From Mytilus californianus (lineage: Eukaryota), in contig NW_026262668.1 in NCBI RefSeq assembly GCF_021869535.1, forward strand, positions 18,104,001 to 18,168,000: a stretch of 64,000 nt of DNA, in the 5' to 3' direction. The notes under the pieces were generated by a model, which saw only the letters and a list, made by a program, of their open reading frames with translations, ran no database searches and was not told the DNA's origin. Both the position numbers and the translations under genes were made by a program. Shown one piece after another: positions 37,661-51,040 of the stretch (the stretch's first letter is position 1; every line of letters begins with the position of its first letter).

Positions 37661-37950
37661 TTTTATGTCCACGCTGTAGCGGAGGGGGCATTAAGTTTTA
37701 TCCTTGTCCGTCTGTACATCCGTCTGTCCGCCCGTACACCTCAAAATTGGTTTCTGTTCACTAACTTTAGTTTGCCTCAACCAAATGTTATAAACTTATA
37801 CACAATGCTTATTACCACAAAACTCAGATCAAGTACGAATTTGGGTAGCGTCACTTTTACCATTCTTGAGTTATGTCCCATTATAATGTTATATGTAAGC
37901 GGGGGCATCATCTGTGTCGGACTGTCCCATGGACACATTCCCCATTTATT
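37661..37950 (+). mobile_element. Helentron-type non-autonomous element, family A
   Basis: Same termini and core as 35812-36093. Confidence 0.8.
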
Positions 37951-39052
37951 CTGATTATATGAATTGATTAGATAATGTGAGGGAGAACATTTTTATTTCA
38001 TGGGCCTATGGAAATCATACTTGTATTATTTTCTACTATTAATAAAAAAAATAGCAAATGCATGCAATGAAATACAGACTTTAATGTATTGTCACCCAAT
38101 GTGTTGGAATTATGGAGAGGAGGGTTATAGGTCAATAAGACAGCAACCCTAAACACAATAAAAATAGAAAAGACATTATGAGGGCAACAACCATTTTTCA
38201 AAAATGAACAAGTTCCTAAACCATATATGTCCTGCTTTAAACATCCCAAGTCTTTGCCTGTAACAATAAAAGCACCAAAAATGTATGTTTTTGTATGATA
38301 ACTTATTTTCTACAGTACTTCATATTTCATATTTTTTGTTGTCGCTGGGAAGCAAGGATTTGTATTTATAGTAAGCGGTAAGATTAAAAATTAAGCTGGT
38401 AAAAATTATGGTAGTATACATAGATATTATTGCCAAACAAATATTTGTTTGGTAGATTTAACACTTTATGTAATTTTTGAAATAATTTTTTATGGAAAAT
38501 AAAACAGTTGTTTTGTTATATTTTGTTTTTATTACAGTCAAACCAGTTTAACCACCTGCATTTAGTGATGAACTGCTGTATGCAACCTCTTTTTAAAGCC
38601 CCTCAATAGATTTCCCATTTATGTTTAAACTGTATTAAGGGACTACTTACTTTATGCAACCACTGAAATTTGTTTGTAATGACCACTAGCTCTGTCTTTA
38701 AACACCACATATTTACTTGGAAGGATCAACAACTATTGAAAAAGTCAACCTTGAAATTGTTGTATGCTGTATGTCCAGTTACAAATGTATAATTAAGACG
38801 ATATCAAATTAAACAATACATTAAAAAGTATGTTCTAGAAAGTTAGTTGAGTGGGATAGAGGATGGAATTAATTGACTGTCTCTGTAAAAAATATGGTAT
38901 GATGAATTGGTTTCGAAATCTTGCAACAAATCAGCAACAGACGACTAATAAATGTGTGGAGATGGTTTGAACGCTAGCTTAAAAAAATGAACTAAAATGA
39001 AATTTTTTCATATGTCAAGCTATTTTATTTACAATATGCAGTAGATAAACAA

Positions 39053-39639
39053 TTTTTAAGCCCCCGCCGTAGCAGAGGGGTTATTAAGTTTTACCCTTGT
39101 CCGTCTGTATGTCCGTATGTCCCGAAATTGGTTTCCGTTCTCTAACTTTAGTATGCCTCAACCAAATGTTATCAAACTATACACAATGCTTATTACCACA
39201 AAACACAAATCAAGTTTGAATTTGAGTGGCATCACTTTTACTTTTCAAGAGTTATGCCCCTATACAAATGGAAAAATTGCTGAATTTTTCGTTTCCGTTC
39301 TCTAAAGTTTGCCTCAACCAAATGTTATGACTCTTATACACAATGCTTATTACCACAAAACACAGATCAAGTTTGAATTTTGGTGGCATCACTTGTACCG
39401 TTCTAGAGTTATGCCCCTTTACAAATGGAAAAATTGTTGATTTTTTCGTTTCTGTCCTCGAACTTAAGTTAACCTCAACCAACTAATGAAACTTATACAC
39501 AATGCTTATTACCACAAAACTCAGATCAAGAATGCATTTGGGTAGCGTCACTTGTATCGTTCTTGAGTTATGTCCCTTTATAACATTATATGTAAGCGGG
39601 GGCATCATCTGTGTCCCATGGACACATTCCCCATTTATT
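39053..39639 (+). mobile_element. Helentron-type non-autonomous element, family A, with expanded internal repeats
   Basis: Same termini; about three internal units. Confidence 0.8.
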
Positions 39640-39691
39640 CTGATTATACTTTTAAAAATAATATATTATGCAATACAAACACAAAAGATAC

Positions 39692-40410
39692 ATGATACAT
39701 ATGCACATCCATGGCTCTAAAAACTGTCGATACCTGTATCTTGGCATTGCACAAGGTCATGTTTTTCTCTGATTGTCAATGATGTCTATACACTAAATCC
39801 ATTGGATGTTGGATGTGCACTGGTTGATATTTTAGTTTTAGATGCATGATTTTTTTATTAGTTGTTACTGGCTTTGAACTAGCTGTCAGTAACTGTGAGT
39901 ACTCTCAGATCTGTACTTAGTGTCTTTTTTGTTGTGGGGATGTAAAGTACCCTGCCAAGCCCAGTCTGTATTTTTTTATATGTATTTCTGCTTTGTATCA
40001 ATCTGATGAGTTAAGCCTTTTCTTATGTTGTACTGTTACACGACTGTCCCAGGTTAGGGGGAGGGTTGACACCTTCAAATTAGTTTACCCCCCTCCCCCC
40101 CCCCCCCCCCCCCCGCCACATTCTGTTTGTGCCTGTCCCAAGTCAGGAGCCTGTAATTCAGTGGTTGTAGTTTGTTGCTGTATATCATATTTGTTTTTCT
40201 ATCATTGCTTTGTACATAAATCAGGCTGTTAGTTTTCTCATTTGAATTGTTTTACATTTGTCATTTGCCTTTTATAGCTGACTAGGCGGTATAGGTTTTG
40301 CTCATTTTTGAAGACCGTACGTTGACCTATATCTGTTAACTTCTATGTCATTTGGTCTCTTGTGGAGAGTTGTCTCATTGGCAATTATACCATATCTTCT
40401 TATTTTTATA
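39692..40410 (+). mobile_element. 5'-truncated copy of the PLE 3' region (homologous to 56715-57432)
   Basis: Colinear from ATATGCACAT..CATGGCTCT to ATCTTCTTATTTTTATA. Confidence 0.85.
39768..39840 (+). promoter_or_regulatory. SECIS-like stem-loop (form 2)
   Basis: ATGA-N12-AAA-TCCA/TGGA mini-stem-helix II-TGAT; the quartet is intact, helix II has three mismatches. Confidence 0.5.
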
Positions 40411-40975
40411 TGGCTGCTGTTTCTAAAAATGGAACATAGGGGGAATTGCATATTTTGGCTTATATCTCTAAAACTAAAGCAGTTAGAGCAAAACTGACAT
40501 GGAGATAACAATAATTAGCAGGTCAAGTTATATTTACCATAAAATTTTCAGTAAAACCCAATTTTGAGTAGTTGCCCCTGAAATGTCTTTTGTTTTGGCA
40601 AATTTCAGCTTTTGGTTATTATCTTGAAAACTGTTATAGACACTGAAATGGTAAAATTACCAGTACAATAAGATCTGATTAATTCTGGTGTCAATGATGA
40701 GTTTGTTTATATACTTATGAGTCAACCTCATTGAAATCGTTAATTGACAGCTTTTATGTGTTAATTCCCTTTAAGGATTTTTTTCTTCAATTTTTTGGCA
40801 TCTTCCAAAGGAATTATTAGAGATAGAGAGAATCTGTAAATTACAAACATTTTTAGCACAATAAGATTAACATCAAATGCAACAAGGCCAAAATGGTCAA
40901 CTGACCCCTTATAGGAGTTTTTGCCTGATATTTTTACCAAGTGAGACTCTTGGGAGCCTCTTGTTTTTGTCCAAT
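40410..40975 (+). repeat. Copy of the ~500-bp-unit repeat family of 20643-21255
   Basis: Shared blocks such as AAAAxxGAACATAGGG, GCTTATATCTC.AAAACTAAAGCA.TTAGAGCAAA, GTTGCCCCTGA and TGACCCCTT. Confidence 0.7.
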
Positions 40976-42910
40976 GGAGCATTTATCACCACCAAGTATC
41001 ATTCATAGTATTAGCGGTCGTGTGGGAAATATTTGTGCCGACTTTTAACAAACTTTATTTGCTTGTATAAACTGGTTAAGAAAATCCATTTTCACTGCAA
41101 ATACTGTCCAGTCGTATAAAAAAGAAGAAAATATGTAATGATGCAAGATTTTTCATTTTACACTTGACTTACAAAAATATACTGTCTTCGTTATTTACTT
41201 AGACATATATAACCATTACGATTACAGAAAACATTAATTTGCATGTACTTCAACAATGTTCTCTCAAATTAATCTTCATATTAAAAATAACATTAAACAG
41301 AATGGCGCACATGAAAATTGAATAATAGCAACATATAGGTTTACTGACCAAATTTTCTTTCACGTATATATATTCGCGGTCTTAGACATACGTATATTGA
41401 CTATATTTGAAAAACGTTAAAGTTGGGAGAAACAGACAGAGTACAGAATTAGAAATTTGGTTGAGTTTTTACTTCAGTTTATTTTTCGCTTATAAGGTGT
41501 ATAGTATCAGGTATTTTGGAGTACCCAAACATCTGCATCCAGTACCAGTTTGAAATATAACTTGGCACAAAGAAGCATCTCGAGAAAGATAATGTTCCAA
41601 GAAGATCACTTCACCCATATTTCATTCGGTCTAGAAATAATGACGTTCAGTTGACGTCCAATTTATTCTTGGATTAATCAATGTGCATCCGGGAATTTAT
41701 GGTGCCATAAGTAATGATGTGAATAAATAAGGCAATGTTTGCACACAGACACAAAAATGTTTTTATCTTTACAATTTTTGTCTAATTAAGGATCAATGTC
41801 CAAATTGTGCACACGAACTTGGTAAAGGAATGAACTCTGTATGAAGTTATGTGACAGCATCCAACCGAAGGTAAACTCGCCAATTGTCCAATTAAACTTC
41901 AAGTACAATAATCTAACTTGGTGTACACCATACCATAATTAATCCTGACAAGGACAACATTACATTGACATAGTTGAAACTTACGATTTCCAGGCACCTT
42001 TTTCATGTAACTCACTCCCTTATCACCATACTACGAGTAACCCGCTAACGCAGATATTATTTGATTTATAAAGACTCGAAAACTGTTAAATCATGTATAC
42101 ACTCATTTATGGCAACATGCAAACATATTTACTAGTTATGGAGAGCAAAGGGTTACAGTTTTCTGAAAAAATGAACATTATAACTACGATTTTTTTGGAT
42201 AGTTTAGTATCAGTTTGATATTTTTAAAGCTTATGCTTATACACATACAAATCTTTATTTTGAAAATATAATGTCGATAACAAAGCAAATAAGTTTTAGC
42301 AGTGTCCTTTTGTCCTTCTTGTACGCATTGTAAATTCTATGACTTTACTATTGTTGTTAAAATTTTATGCCTGGTATTTTGCTTTGGCACTCATACACTG
42401 TTGTAATTTTTGCCATGTGGAAAAAAAGAATAGATTGACTGCATATATAAACCTCTTTTATTGTAATATTGTATGGAAAAGACAAGAACACATTTCAAAT
42501 GCAAAATTTGTTGAGTTGCTGTTTTAAATTGAAAGTTACCCAATATCTCATTTTATTGCATGTATATTACTCTAAAATGGCTTATTCTCTGAATTTTTCT
42601 GGGTTTTTTTTATTCTTTGAAGATTTTTTTCCCCGTAAGTCAGCCCTGGTGATAAGAACATTGGAAATCATTATATTTATTATTTATAAATTGCCTAAGG
42701 TTACTCCCATTGTCGGAAAATGAGAGGTCATGTATGAAGAAAACATCTGTTTGATCCTGTCTGTTCCTCACTTCACAGCATATGGCATAACACTACATGT
42801 TATATTGTTTTATTGTCAGTTGTCATCTTTTGCAAGGTTGGTGAATATATCAACGGTTGATAAAAAATAAATCATCTGTTCACAACATACCGGTGTGTGG
42901 AGGGTCAGTC

Positions 42911-45900
42911 ATGGATGTTAAATTTGTGGTAAGTTGTTAGTAAAAAAAAGATTCAGACTTTATTGTGATATTTTTATGATTTTGAAATTAAGTTTTATAA
43001 CTATGGATTCAAACAAATTTGGTCCTCCAATAGTTGTTAATGGAAAATAAAAAAATAAATAAAAAATCGATGTAAATTTCATTGAATACGATTTTTTTTT
43101 GCTCTTCAATTTCCGAGACTCGATATTATAATTGTCCTTTCTTCTGGAAGTGACTAATGTCTTAAAACATTGAGATCAAACATGCTTTTAAACAGTACGA
43201 CTCGTAAGAACCGCTTTATTATTATAGATGAAATGAAAAAGAAATTCCAAAGTCTATCAGAAATAAACCCATCACTTTCTACATTAAGATTCTTCTAAAT
43301 TAAGATGTTCGAATGTAAAATTTCGGATTGAAACTAGAATCATAATTGTAAACAAATTAAAACAGTTATGATAAAAAGTAAGTTATTTTTATACAAAAAT
43401 ATAAAAGTTGGTCCAGATAAAGAATTTAACTTAATGTACCACGATTTTATTATCAGAATGTGTTTCACCGAGATAAGATAAGAAAACTTTATTTTGATTC
43501 GGCATGGTTTAAAACATACAAACATAAGCTCGTGAGCTTTTCACCGAATATATAAAACAATAACACATAAAATAAAACAGATATACATACACATATAGAC
43601 ATAGAATGAATATGATATACACGAAAGTCAATCAAAGCATTCATATATGTCAGTATAAGCAGAACATATAAACACACATAAAATGAAGAGTAGCCATGCA
43701 AAGCAATCAAAATCATTAAGCACTATAAGCAACTAAAAAGTAAATGAAAAAAAAAATGAAAAAAATTAACGTATATGTTACAACAACCTTCAAATTGAAA
43801 CGTGTAAATATTTTACAATTCCTATAGAAGATTAGCATGCAATCTATGTCATGTTCTTAAAAACGAGGAACATTTCCTTTTGGAGTTTAATATATGAATA
43901 AGATATTAAGATTAGATCTATTTAAAAAGTTTAAGTAGGAAGATAAATTTATGTCACTTCCAAAAGACCCCCCCCCCCCCCCCCCAAAAAAAAAATATAA
44001 TGATTTAACCCTATATAGCTATAACAAATTAAAGGCAAAAAATCCGCTCTAGAAACAAACCCTATTTTCCATGCAGTTGCAGCCTAAAGTTTCCCGTCCT
44101 TCATCCTGGTCGTCCCATTTTACAGAACCTATAGATACATATTTCAGGGGCGTAGCTACCTTCTTAATGAAGTGGAATCACAAACTAAAGGGCGAGGGGT
44201 CTGGGCGCCGCCTAAGGCCCCCAGTAGGCCCAGGGCAAAGCCCTAGTAGGGGGGGGGGGGGGGCGGGGGGGGGGGGGGGGGCAGGAGGGCGAAGCCCCCC
44301 CGGAAGATCCGCATTTATAGCGCTTCAAAACAATCACAACCGTAATAAAAATTGTACACTTTTGTTGTGGTTTTTTGGTCAACTATTTGTTTAACTTCGA
44401 GTCGAATGAAGACTAAACATTGTCGTTTGCGTTTTTTGTACGCCGTGAGAGCTTTTAAAATCATGGAGATTTGTCCCATATGCTAGTATTTGTATTGAGC
44501 AAAGTAGATGAATAAAAAAAAAACAATAAACAAAACACAATACTATATGTGGAGTTTCTGTTAGAATAAACATCTTTGGATACCAAATACTTGGTGGACA
44601 CATTCTCCAATATTTTGCTGAACATATGGATTTAGATGTTTAAAAATTCTGTGGGTAAACTCTACATGCAAGAGAGAGATAGGAATGTCTAATTTTACGC
44701 AGTTAGGAATTCTCGAAGTTGAAATTAATGAACTTTTTCAGAGGGAATGGTACTTTGATCACGATCTTTTCATGATCTGCGTTTGTTAATCATCCAGCTA
44801 ATTAACAACTACATGTGCATTCGACCAGTTGTATGGCAATATCTAGATGATAACAGTGAAGATACGTGTATTAAAAGTTTGGTGTTTCTTTCGAACAAGA
44901 ATCAGCAGTTTAGTGTCCGACTCGGACATAAAATTCGTTATAAAATTGAATGACCAAATAGTCCAGTAAAACGAGTTAGAATTAACAATTTATTTAAATG
45001 CTTTTACAATCAACTATTCGTATAGCCGGCCCATATAGAAACGACTTCGAAGTATCGAATCTATATACAAGATGTTTTTTTGGAAAATAAATAAAAACGT
45101 AATACATGTACTGGAAAATGAGTACTTTCTTTATAATAACAGCAGTTCCAACTTCTCATCTATTAGTTTACGGAAACTATTGATTGATCGAATGGTTATT
45201 AATGTCCAGTAGCAAATATTACATGCACACCAGGACGGGAATACGTTTACGTGTTGTGAAAATGAAGTATTCGTGTTGTCAAGACCTACATACTTGGTCA
45301 ATTTTGAACTAGTTCACAAGGTAACAGTCATTATTCCCGGATCGATACGAGTTAAAGTCTTCGTTCTAGTAAGATGTGTGTTTTGGAGCGAAGCGGAAAA
45401 TAATAATTTTCAAGTTTTTTTGTTAATCCTAAAGGGCTTATGTTGTTTTTTTTGCACTCAAGGCGAGTATACGTTATGGTGGTGGTACCGACAACTATGT
45501 AGCTGTTTTTTTCCCTAAACAATGTGCTTAATATAAAAAGTTCCGCCATGTTTACACCAGTTGTATGTATTTATCGTCTTACAGGATTAAAATTTCGCTG
45601 CATGTGTATTCCTCTTGCTCTTATTCTTTGTGTAGTTTTTAAAATGCATACATAGAAAGACTAATTCCTATAAGTTAACTTTGTCCCTCTCTCTCTCTCT
45701 GTTTTTTTTTTTTGATGAAAACGACGTGGATGCACGTGCTGTCATGCCTCCGGGTAGCTACGCCCCTGTATTTGATTAATTGTAAATTTGTCCTCATTAT
45801 AAATATGCATGAAATATTAGCCACTGGACGTTAAGCTCACATCTATTGATCCAAAACTCCAATAAAACATTGTTACGGTCAATGCTGAGAATTTTAATTA

Positions 45901-48900
45901 AATTGGTAAATGTTAATTTGACAGACCATAGAGACTTCTGTTCTCGATTCCGTTAAATTTAATCATTTATTAATTGGTTGTAGCTTGTTTAACGTTCATC
46001 GGCAATAATTTCGAGAACAAATACACAATTAATAAAACAAAATAGGTTCTGAAAGGTATGAATACATGGATGAAGGGCGGAAAAGACTGCCACTGGACAG
46101 TGAGGTATGTTGGAGAGGAGCAGAAATTTTGCCGTGCAAACAGCTAATGTCAACGAACTCCTTAGAGAGTTGATTCAATATTTTTTTAACGTGCGTAGCG
46201 TGGCATTCACCCTACACAGGGTATCGATTCTAATCTTTCCAATCCACTGGACAAGGCTGCGTATTTATACATATCGCACAGCGAATTGGACGCATAATAT
46301 TAGCGAGAGTTTAACTTCCGAGCGGGAGAAGTCAAGGTATGATCAACATTACTTTTCCCCAGTCATCCCTTGTGAATTTAAGTGTTTTTAAAATAGCAAT
46401 GGTTAATAATGGGTTAGTAATTTTTTGTAGAATATTTATCCTTCATTTTTGAGACAGTACAATGAACATTATATTGTCATTGAGGGGGGTATTGTGTATC
46501 AATAAAATCGCACGATAACGGTCGAAATTGTTCCTGTCATAACCTTAGGGGTTGCCAGGAATGAAGGGATGATACATGGGACAGCAGTTAAAATAGGAAC
46601 AACGCTATTACCATTAAACGCGTTTATTGCTTTTTCTATCTTAATAATTGCTTGAAGGCTAAAGAACTCACACCTAGCGTCCGGCTCAAGATGACCACTG
46701 GGGTCGATTTAAACTTGAAACTACTACATATCTTTTTGTACTCGGAATGTGTATTACATAAGTAAAGTAAATTTACAAGTAGTGCGTTTTATATTGTCAT
46801 TAAACTAGTAACTGAACTATGCTTATACTTTTTTTTATTGTAAATAAATTATTATATTTCATTCACTGACCGACATATTAACATAAATATTACTGTAAAG
46901 GACAAATCAGTTGACAGGCAATATACTTGTAACGTCAATCACTGTCCGTCACACCTGTCACTTCCTCACTACAAAAAAGAAGCGGTATTATCATACCAGG
47001 GGCTGGATTGCTGATGTTTAATTAAAGAAACATCGTGTACTACCTAAAACACCTAAAGCCCAGAAAGAGTACGTATTGTTCCGCCCTTAATTTGTCCTGC
47101 ATAGAGATAGACAAAACATTAATTGTTAGACGAATAAAAATGCGTTAATATTTTATTTGCAGTTTCGGTTCAACATGTCAATGTTATATTACAAATCTGT
47201 AGAAATATGTAACGTAACTCATTTACTATTCCCTTTAAACATTTCTCGGTATACATTTTTTTTGTACTTTTACTATGAATACTCCTCTAACACATTTTCA
47301 AATACCTAGCCTCATTATATTTATCATATACTGGTGTAAATAACGATTGCACTTTACAATACATTGTTGCATACAAAGCGTTTTTATGGATTTTCTCCAA
47401 TCAGAAACGCTCAAAATCAAAAGTTTGAAAGTCAAGGAAACGTATACTTGAGGAGTTATATGATCCAAAAGAGACCTTGAATGAACAGCTAAAAAATACA
47501 TCTAATTTCAAATTTGCCTGACGGAAATGAAACCTTAGTTTCTTAATGAATTGAAATTTTTATGCAAATAATGGAATGTGAGTTATATATAACGGGATGC
47601 ACCATACCCGTTCTATCCTATTTCTCTTTTCTGGTTTGTAGCATTACTTGAAAAAGACTTTGATTGTTGTATTGTAAAAATTTTATTTTACTTTTTTTCA
47701 GATATGGTCGTACGTCCTTTGCTGTTTAGCAAATATTGTGAAATCCTTTCACTCCAATTCCATGAACAGATTTAGACCAATGGGGCAGATGAAACAACCA
47801 CCTCCAGGTGTGTTCCATGTTGGCCCATTACCACAACACCGACAAAATCAAGGCAGAGTTCACGTTTTCACAAATCCTCGTAAGTTATTGCTCATTTTTA
47901 GAATTTACACGTGAAAGGATTTTTTTATTTTTTCCCCTAGGTTTAGTTTTGAATTTTTGTTTTGTTTTGTTCTGTTTTGTTTTGTTTTGTTTTGTTTTTT
48001 GTTTTGTTTTTTTTTTTTTTGGGGGGGGGGGATTTTTGATTTTGGAAAGGACCAAATGTCAGGAGATAACAATAGTCCCATACTTTTCAATGAAAATACT
48101 GCAAAAAATTATCCAGATTCCCCCCAGAGAAATTTTATTAGTAGAACCCTTAAAAATCAGAAGATTTCTTCCTTCTTAATGTATACTCTCTAAATATGCT
48201 TATCAGACAATATTGAAATAAGCGATATACTTCAGATTATTCTCCTTCAACTGTTGTATGTTTTATTGGATTAAACAACAATTTTATAACCATCTTGAGT
48301 TATAGCATAAGTGCTAGAAGGCTTACATAACATATATGTTATTTGTGTCAAATTTAAACATGAGAGAAAACCAGAATTATTATAATAATTAATGACACTA
48401 AAATAGACTAAGATCATGTCTACGAGCACCTGTTGCTACAGTTTATATTGAAGTTTGAAAGTTCGTTATTATTGTTGTGTATTTTCAGTGTTTATGTAGC
48501 TGTATAAGCCGTTTAATCTCAGTCAGTTTCTTATTCTATATGACCTATAAAACCTTTGATAAAATTTCGTTTATTGATAAAACTCCATTTGAAAAGGCTG
48601 ACATTAATTTTTGTAAATTTTTGCTGGGCACCAGAAAAATAGCTTCAAATATAGCAGTCCTATCAGAACTAGGAAGAAGCCCCCTTGAACATCTATCACA
48701 GTCTCTATCTTACCTAGCAAGACTGAATTCTGAAAATATAAATCCTTTACTTGAAGAAGCATTTATATTGTCAAAACAGCTGTACTCTTTAAAGCCCTTG
48801 ATTAAAAATGAATTTAAAAAAAATATAAGAATATTTTTGAGAATAGAATAAAAAGTATGATCAAACTATTACTTTATAAAAAATCTATTTAAAGTTAGCT

Positions 48901-51040
48901 TGGAAAGAGAATTTTATTTAGCTTCCAATAACTATTCTATAAGAAAATGCTTCACACTAAAGGAGAGGTGAAATATACTAATTAAGGGGACATTCAAACT
49001 CATAAGTCGAAAAATGTAAGTTGAGAATTAGTGACCATAAGTTAGAAATAGAAAAAAGGTCGCTATTCATAAAATTCCGAGAAAGGATAGAATATGTTAA
49101 CTGTGCCACTTGCTGTAGGATGAAAAACACTTCCTCCTTGAATGTAAAATTTCCAAAATCTAAGGGATAATCTATTTTCAAAATTGTTTACCTTCTCAAA
49201 ATTTTACGTCACCTACCGAAGAACAAAAAGTAAAAGAAATGCTAAACCCCTTCATCATGTAACATGTTGAAAATATTGGCTCCTTTATAAAACTGTCATA
49301 AGAACTGAGGGCAGAAATCCTATATTTTTATGCCCCCGCCGTCGCGGAGGGGGCATCAAGTTTTACCCTTGTCCGTCTGTACGTCCGTACGTACGTCCCA
49401 AAATTGGTTTCCGTTCTCTAACTTTAGTTTGCCTCAACCAAATGTTATGAAACTTACACACTATGCTTATGACCACAAAACACAGATCAAGGTTGAATTT
49501 TGGTGGCGTCACTTTTACCGTTCTAGAGTTATGCCCCTCTACAAATGGAAAAATTGCTGGAATATTCGTTTCTGTAATCTAACTTTAGTTTGCATCAGCC
49601 AAATGATATGAAACTTATGCACAATGCTAATTACCACAAAACACAGATCAAGTTCGAATTTTGGTGGTGTCACTTTTACCGTTCTAGAGTTATGTCCCTT
49701 TACAAATGGAAAAATTGCTGAATTTTTCGTTTCCGTTCTCTAACTTAAGTTTGCCTCAACTAAATGTTATGAAACGTATACACAATGCTTATTACCACAA
49801 AACTCAGAGCAAGTACAACTTTGGGTAGCGTCACTTTTACAGTTCTTGAGTTTTGTCCCTTTATAACGTTATATGCAAGCGGGGGCATCATCTGTGTCCC
49901 ATGGACACATTCCCCATTTATTTTCCATGTGTTCATTTATTATAGAATTGTTATTTCTTTGCAATATAATGTTTGTTTTTGTTTTTTGTCACAAACTAAA
50001 TATGTTTATATGAGAATAAAGATATTATTATATGATGATAAAGTTAATCTTAATTTTTGTAAAATACGCCCTTAAGGATCAAGCAATAACACAGCAATTT
50101 TAACATTTATCATGAAATTGTCGACAGGGCTCCTACACCATCAGTTCAAAAAAAACTTTTTAACGAAGACTTCAATGTGACAAACACGTTCAAGGATAGA
50201 CTGACTAATTTACTTATTGGATAAGGACAATACACGATTTTCTATAACTGGTTGGACAAGTACAAGATTTTATAGTTGGTCGATTGCCATAGCTGTGACT
50301 TAACTACTATATTTTATTTTTTTCATTAGATAGTCAGGCCCACAGCTTTTCCCTTATTTAAAAAATAAAATCAGATACGTAAACTGGACTATCAGTACAA
50401 CACTTATGTTCTAATGTTCTAATTACAATTGTTTTGGAAAACATTAAAGATGCACTCACTCAGATAAATGCAGTTTAGAAGACCATCCAAAAGAATAAAT
50501 TTAACTGACTCTTGAATATATTCTAACTCTTGTCATATAGTTGTGGACCAGTAACACTTAATATTGTGAAAGTGACGCATGATTATTCTATTATTCTATA
50601 TATGCTTCTTTGCAGTGTTATTATACTTTTAAGTATTGTAGCTTAAAAAAATGCAATCGCTCATGGCGCAAAGCACTAATTGTTTTTCTTTTCTTTTAGC
50701 AATACCAACTACCCATGCACCACCGTTGACAACAACTCCGGTTCCAGTTCCCATAGCAACAACAACACCAATACCAACAACAACAAAACCGTATGACTGG
50801 GGAATGTATTTTGCAACTACATATCCTTCTACAAAAAAAGGAATGTGTCCCGATTTTGATGCGGTACATGCCAATTGCTATGGACGTTGTCATAGAGACG
50901 ATGATTGCTTTTATGAACGTAAATGTTGTCGAGACGGATATGGATTTGGATGTTGTATAGACCCCGTTCAACCTGGAATGTTCAACAACTTTTTTGGAGG
51001 CGGTCCTACAACTAATGGTTTCTTTTGGAAGAAGAAATAA
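42911..51040 (+). CDS. Secreted Pro/Thr-rich WAP (four-disulfide core) domain protein, 178 aa
   Basis: join(42911..42928,47702..47879,50700..51040) = 537 nt, phases 0/1 consistent, GTAAGT donors and pyrimidine-rich acceptors. Signal-peptide-like MDVKFVIWSYVLCCLANIVKS, mucin-like PT linker, WAP-like KKGMCP...C...C..DDDC....KCC.....GCC.DP. Confidence 0.82.
44145..45768. mobile_element. 1.6-kb non-autonomous DNA transposon with 16-bp TIRs
   Basis: CAGGGGCGTAGCTACC / GGTAGCTACGCCCCTG; TATTT on both flanks (apparent TSD); lies in WAP gene intron 1. Confidence 0.75.
48480..49310 (+). pseudogene. Decayed LINE 3' fragment (RTE-X-like C-terminus)
   Basis: FCKFLLG...ASNIAVLSELGR.PL and downstream KLRISDHKLEIEKGR...ICQLC...DEKHFLLEC remnants. 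Confidence 0.7.
49325..49922 (+). mobile_element. Helentron-type non-autonomous element, family A, three ~161-bp units
   Basis: TTTTTATGCCCCC 5' hairpin, GTCC/GTAC tract, GTTCTAGAGTTATG repeated ~161 bp apart, canonical 3' hairpin. Confidence 0.85.

Noticed and set aside
41780-42010. Minus-strand ATG...|GTAAGT donor and a ~49-codon open stretch
   Set aside because: No acceptor gives an open, phase-consistent continuation, and no recognisable domain.
44230-44285. Long G/C homopolymers (also 4615, 40085, 43965, 48020) and the resulting poly-Gly/poly-Pro ORFs
   Set aside because: Homopolymer tracts within repeats, prone to sequencing error; no coding support.
46066-46104. MDEGRKRLPLDSE|GTATGT as first coding exon of the WAP gene
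   Set aside because: Phase-compatible, but gives a poor signal peptide; 42911-42928 (MDVKFV, good Kozak context, GTAAGT) fits much better.
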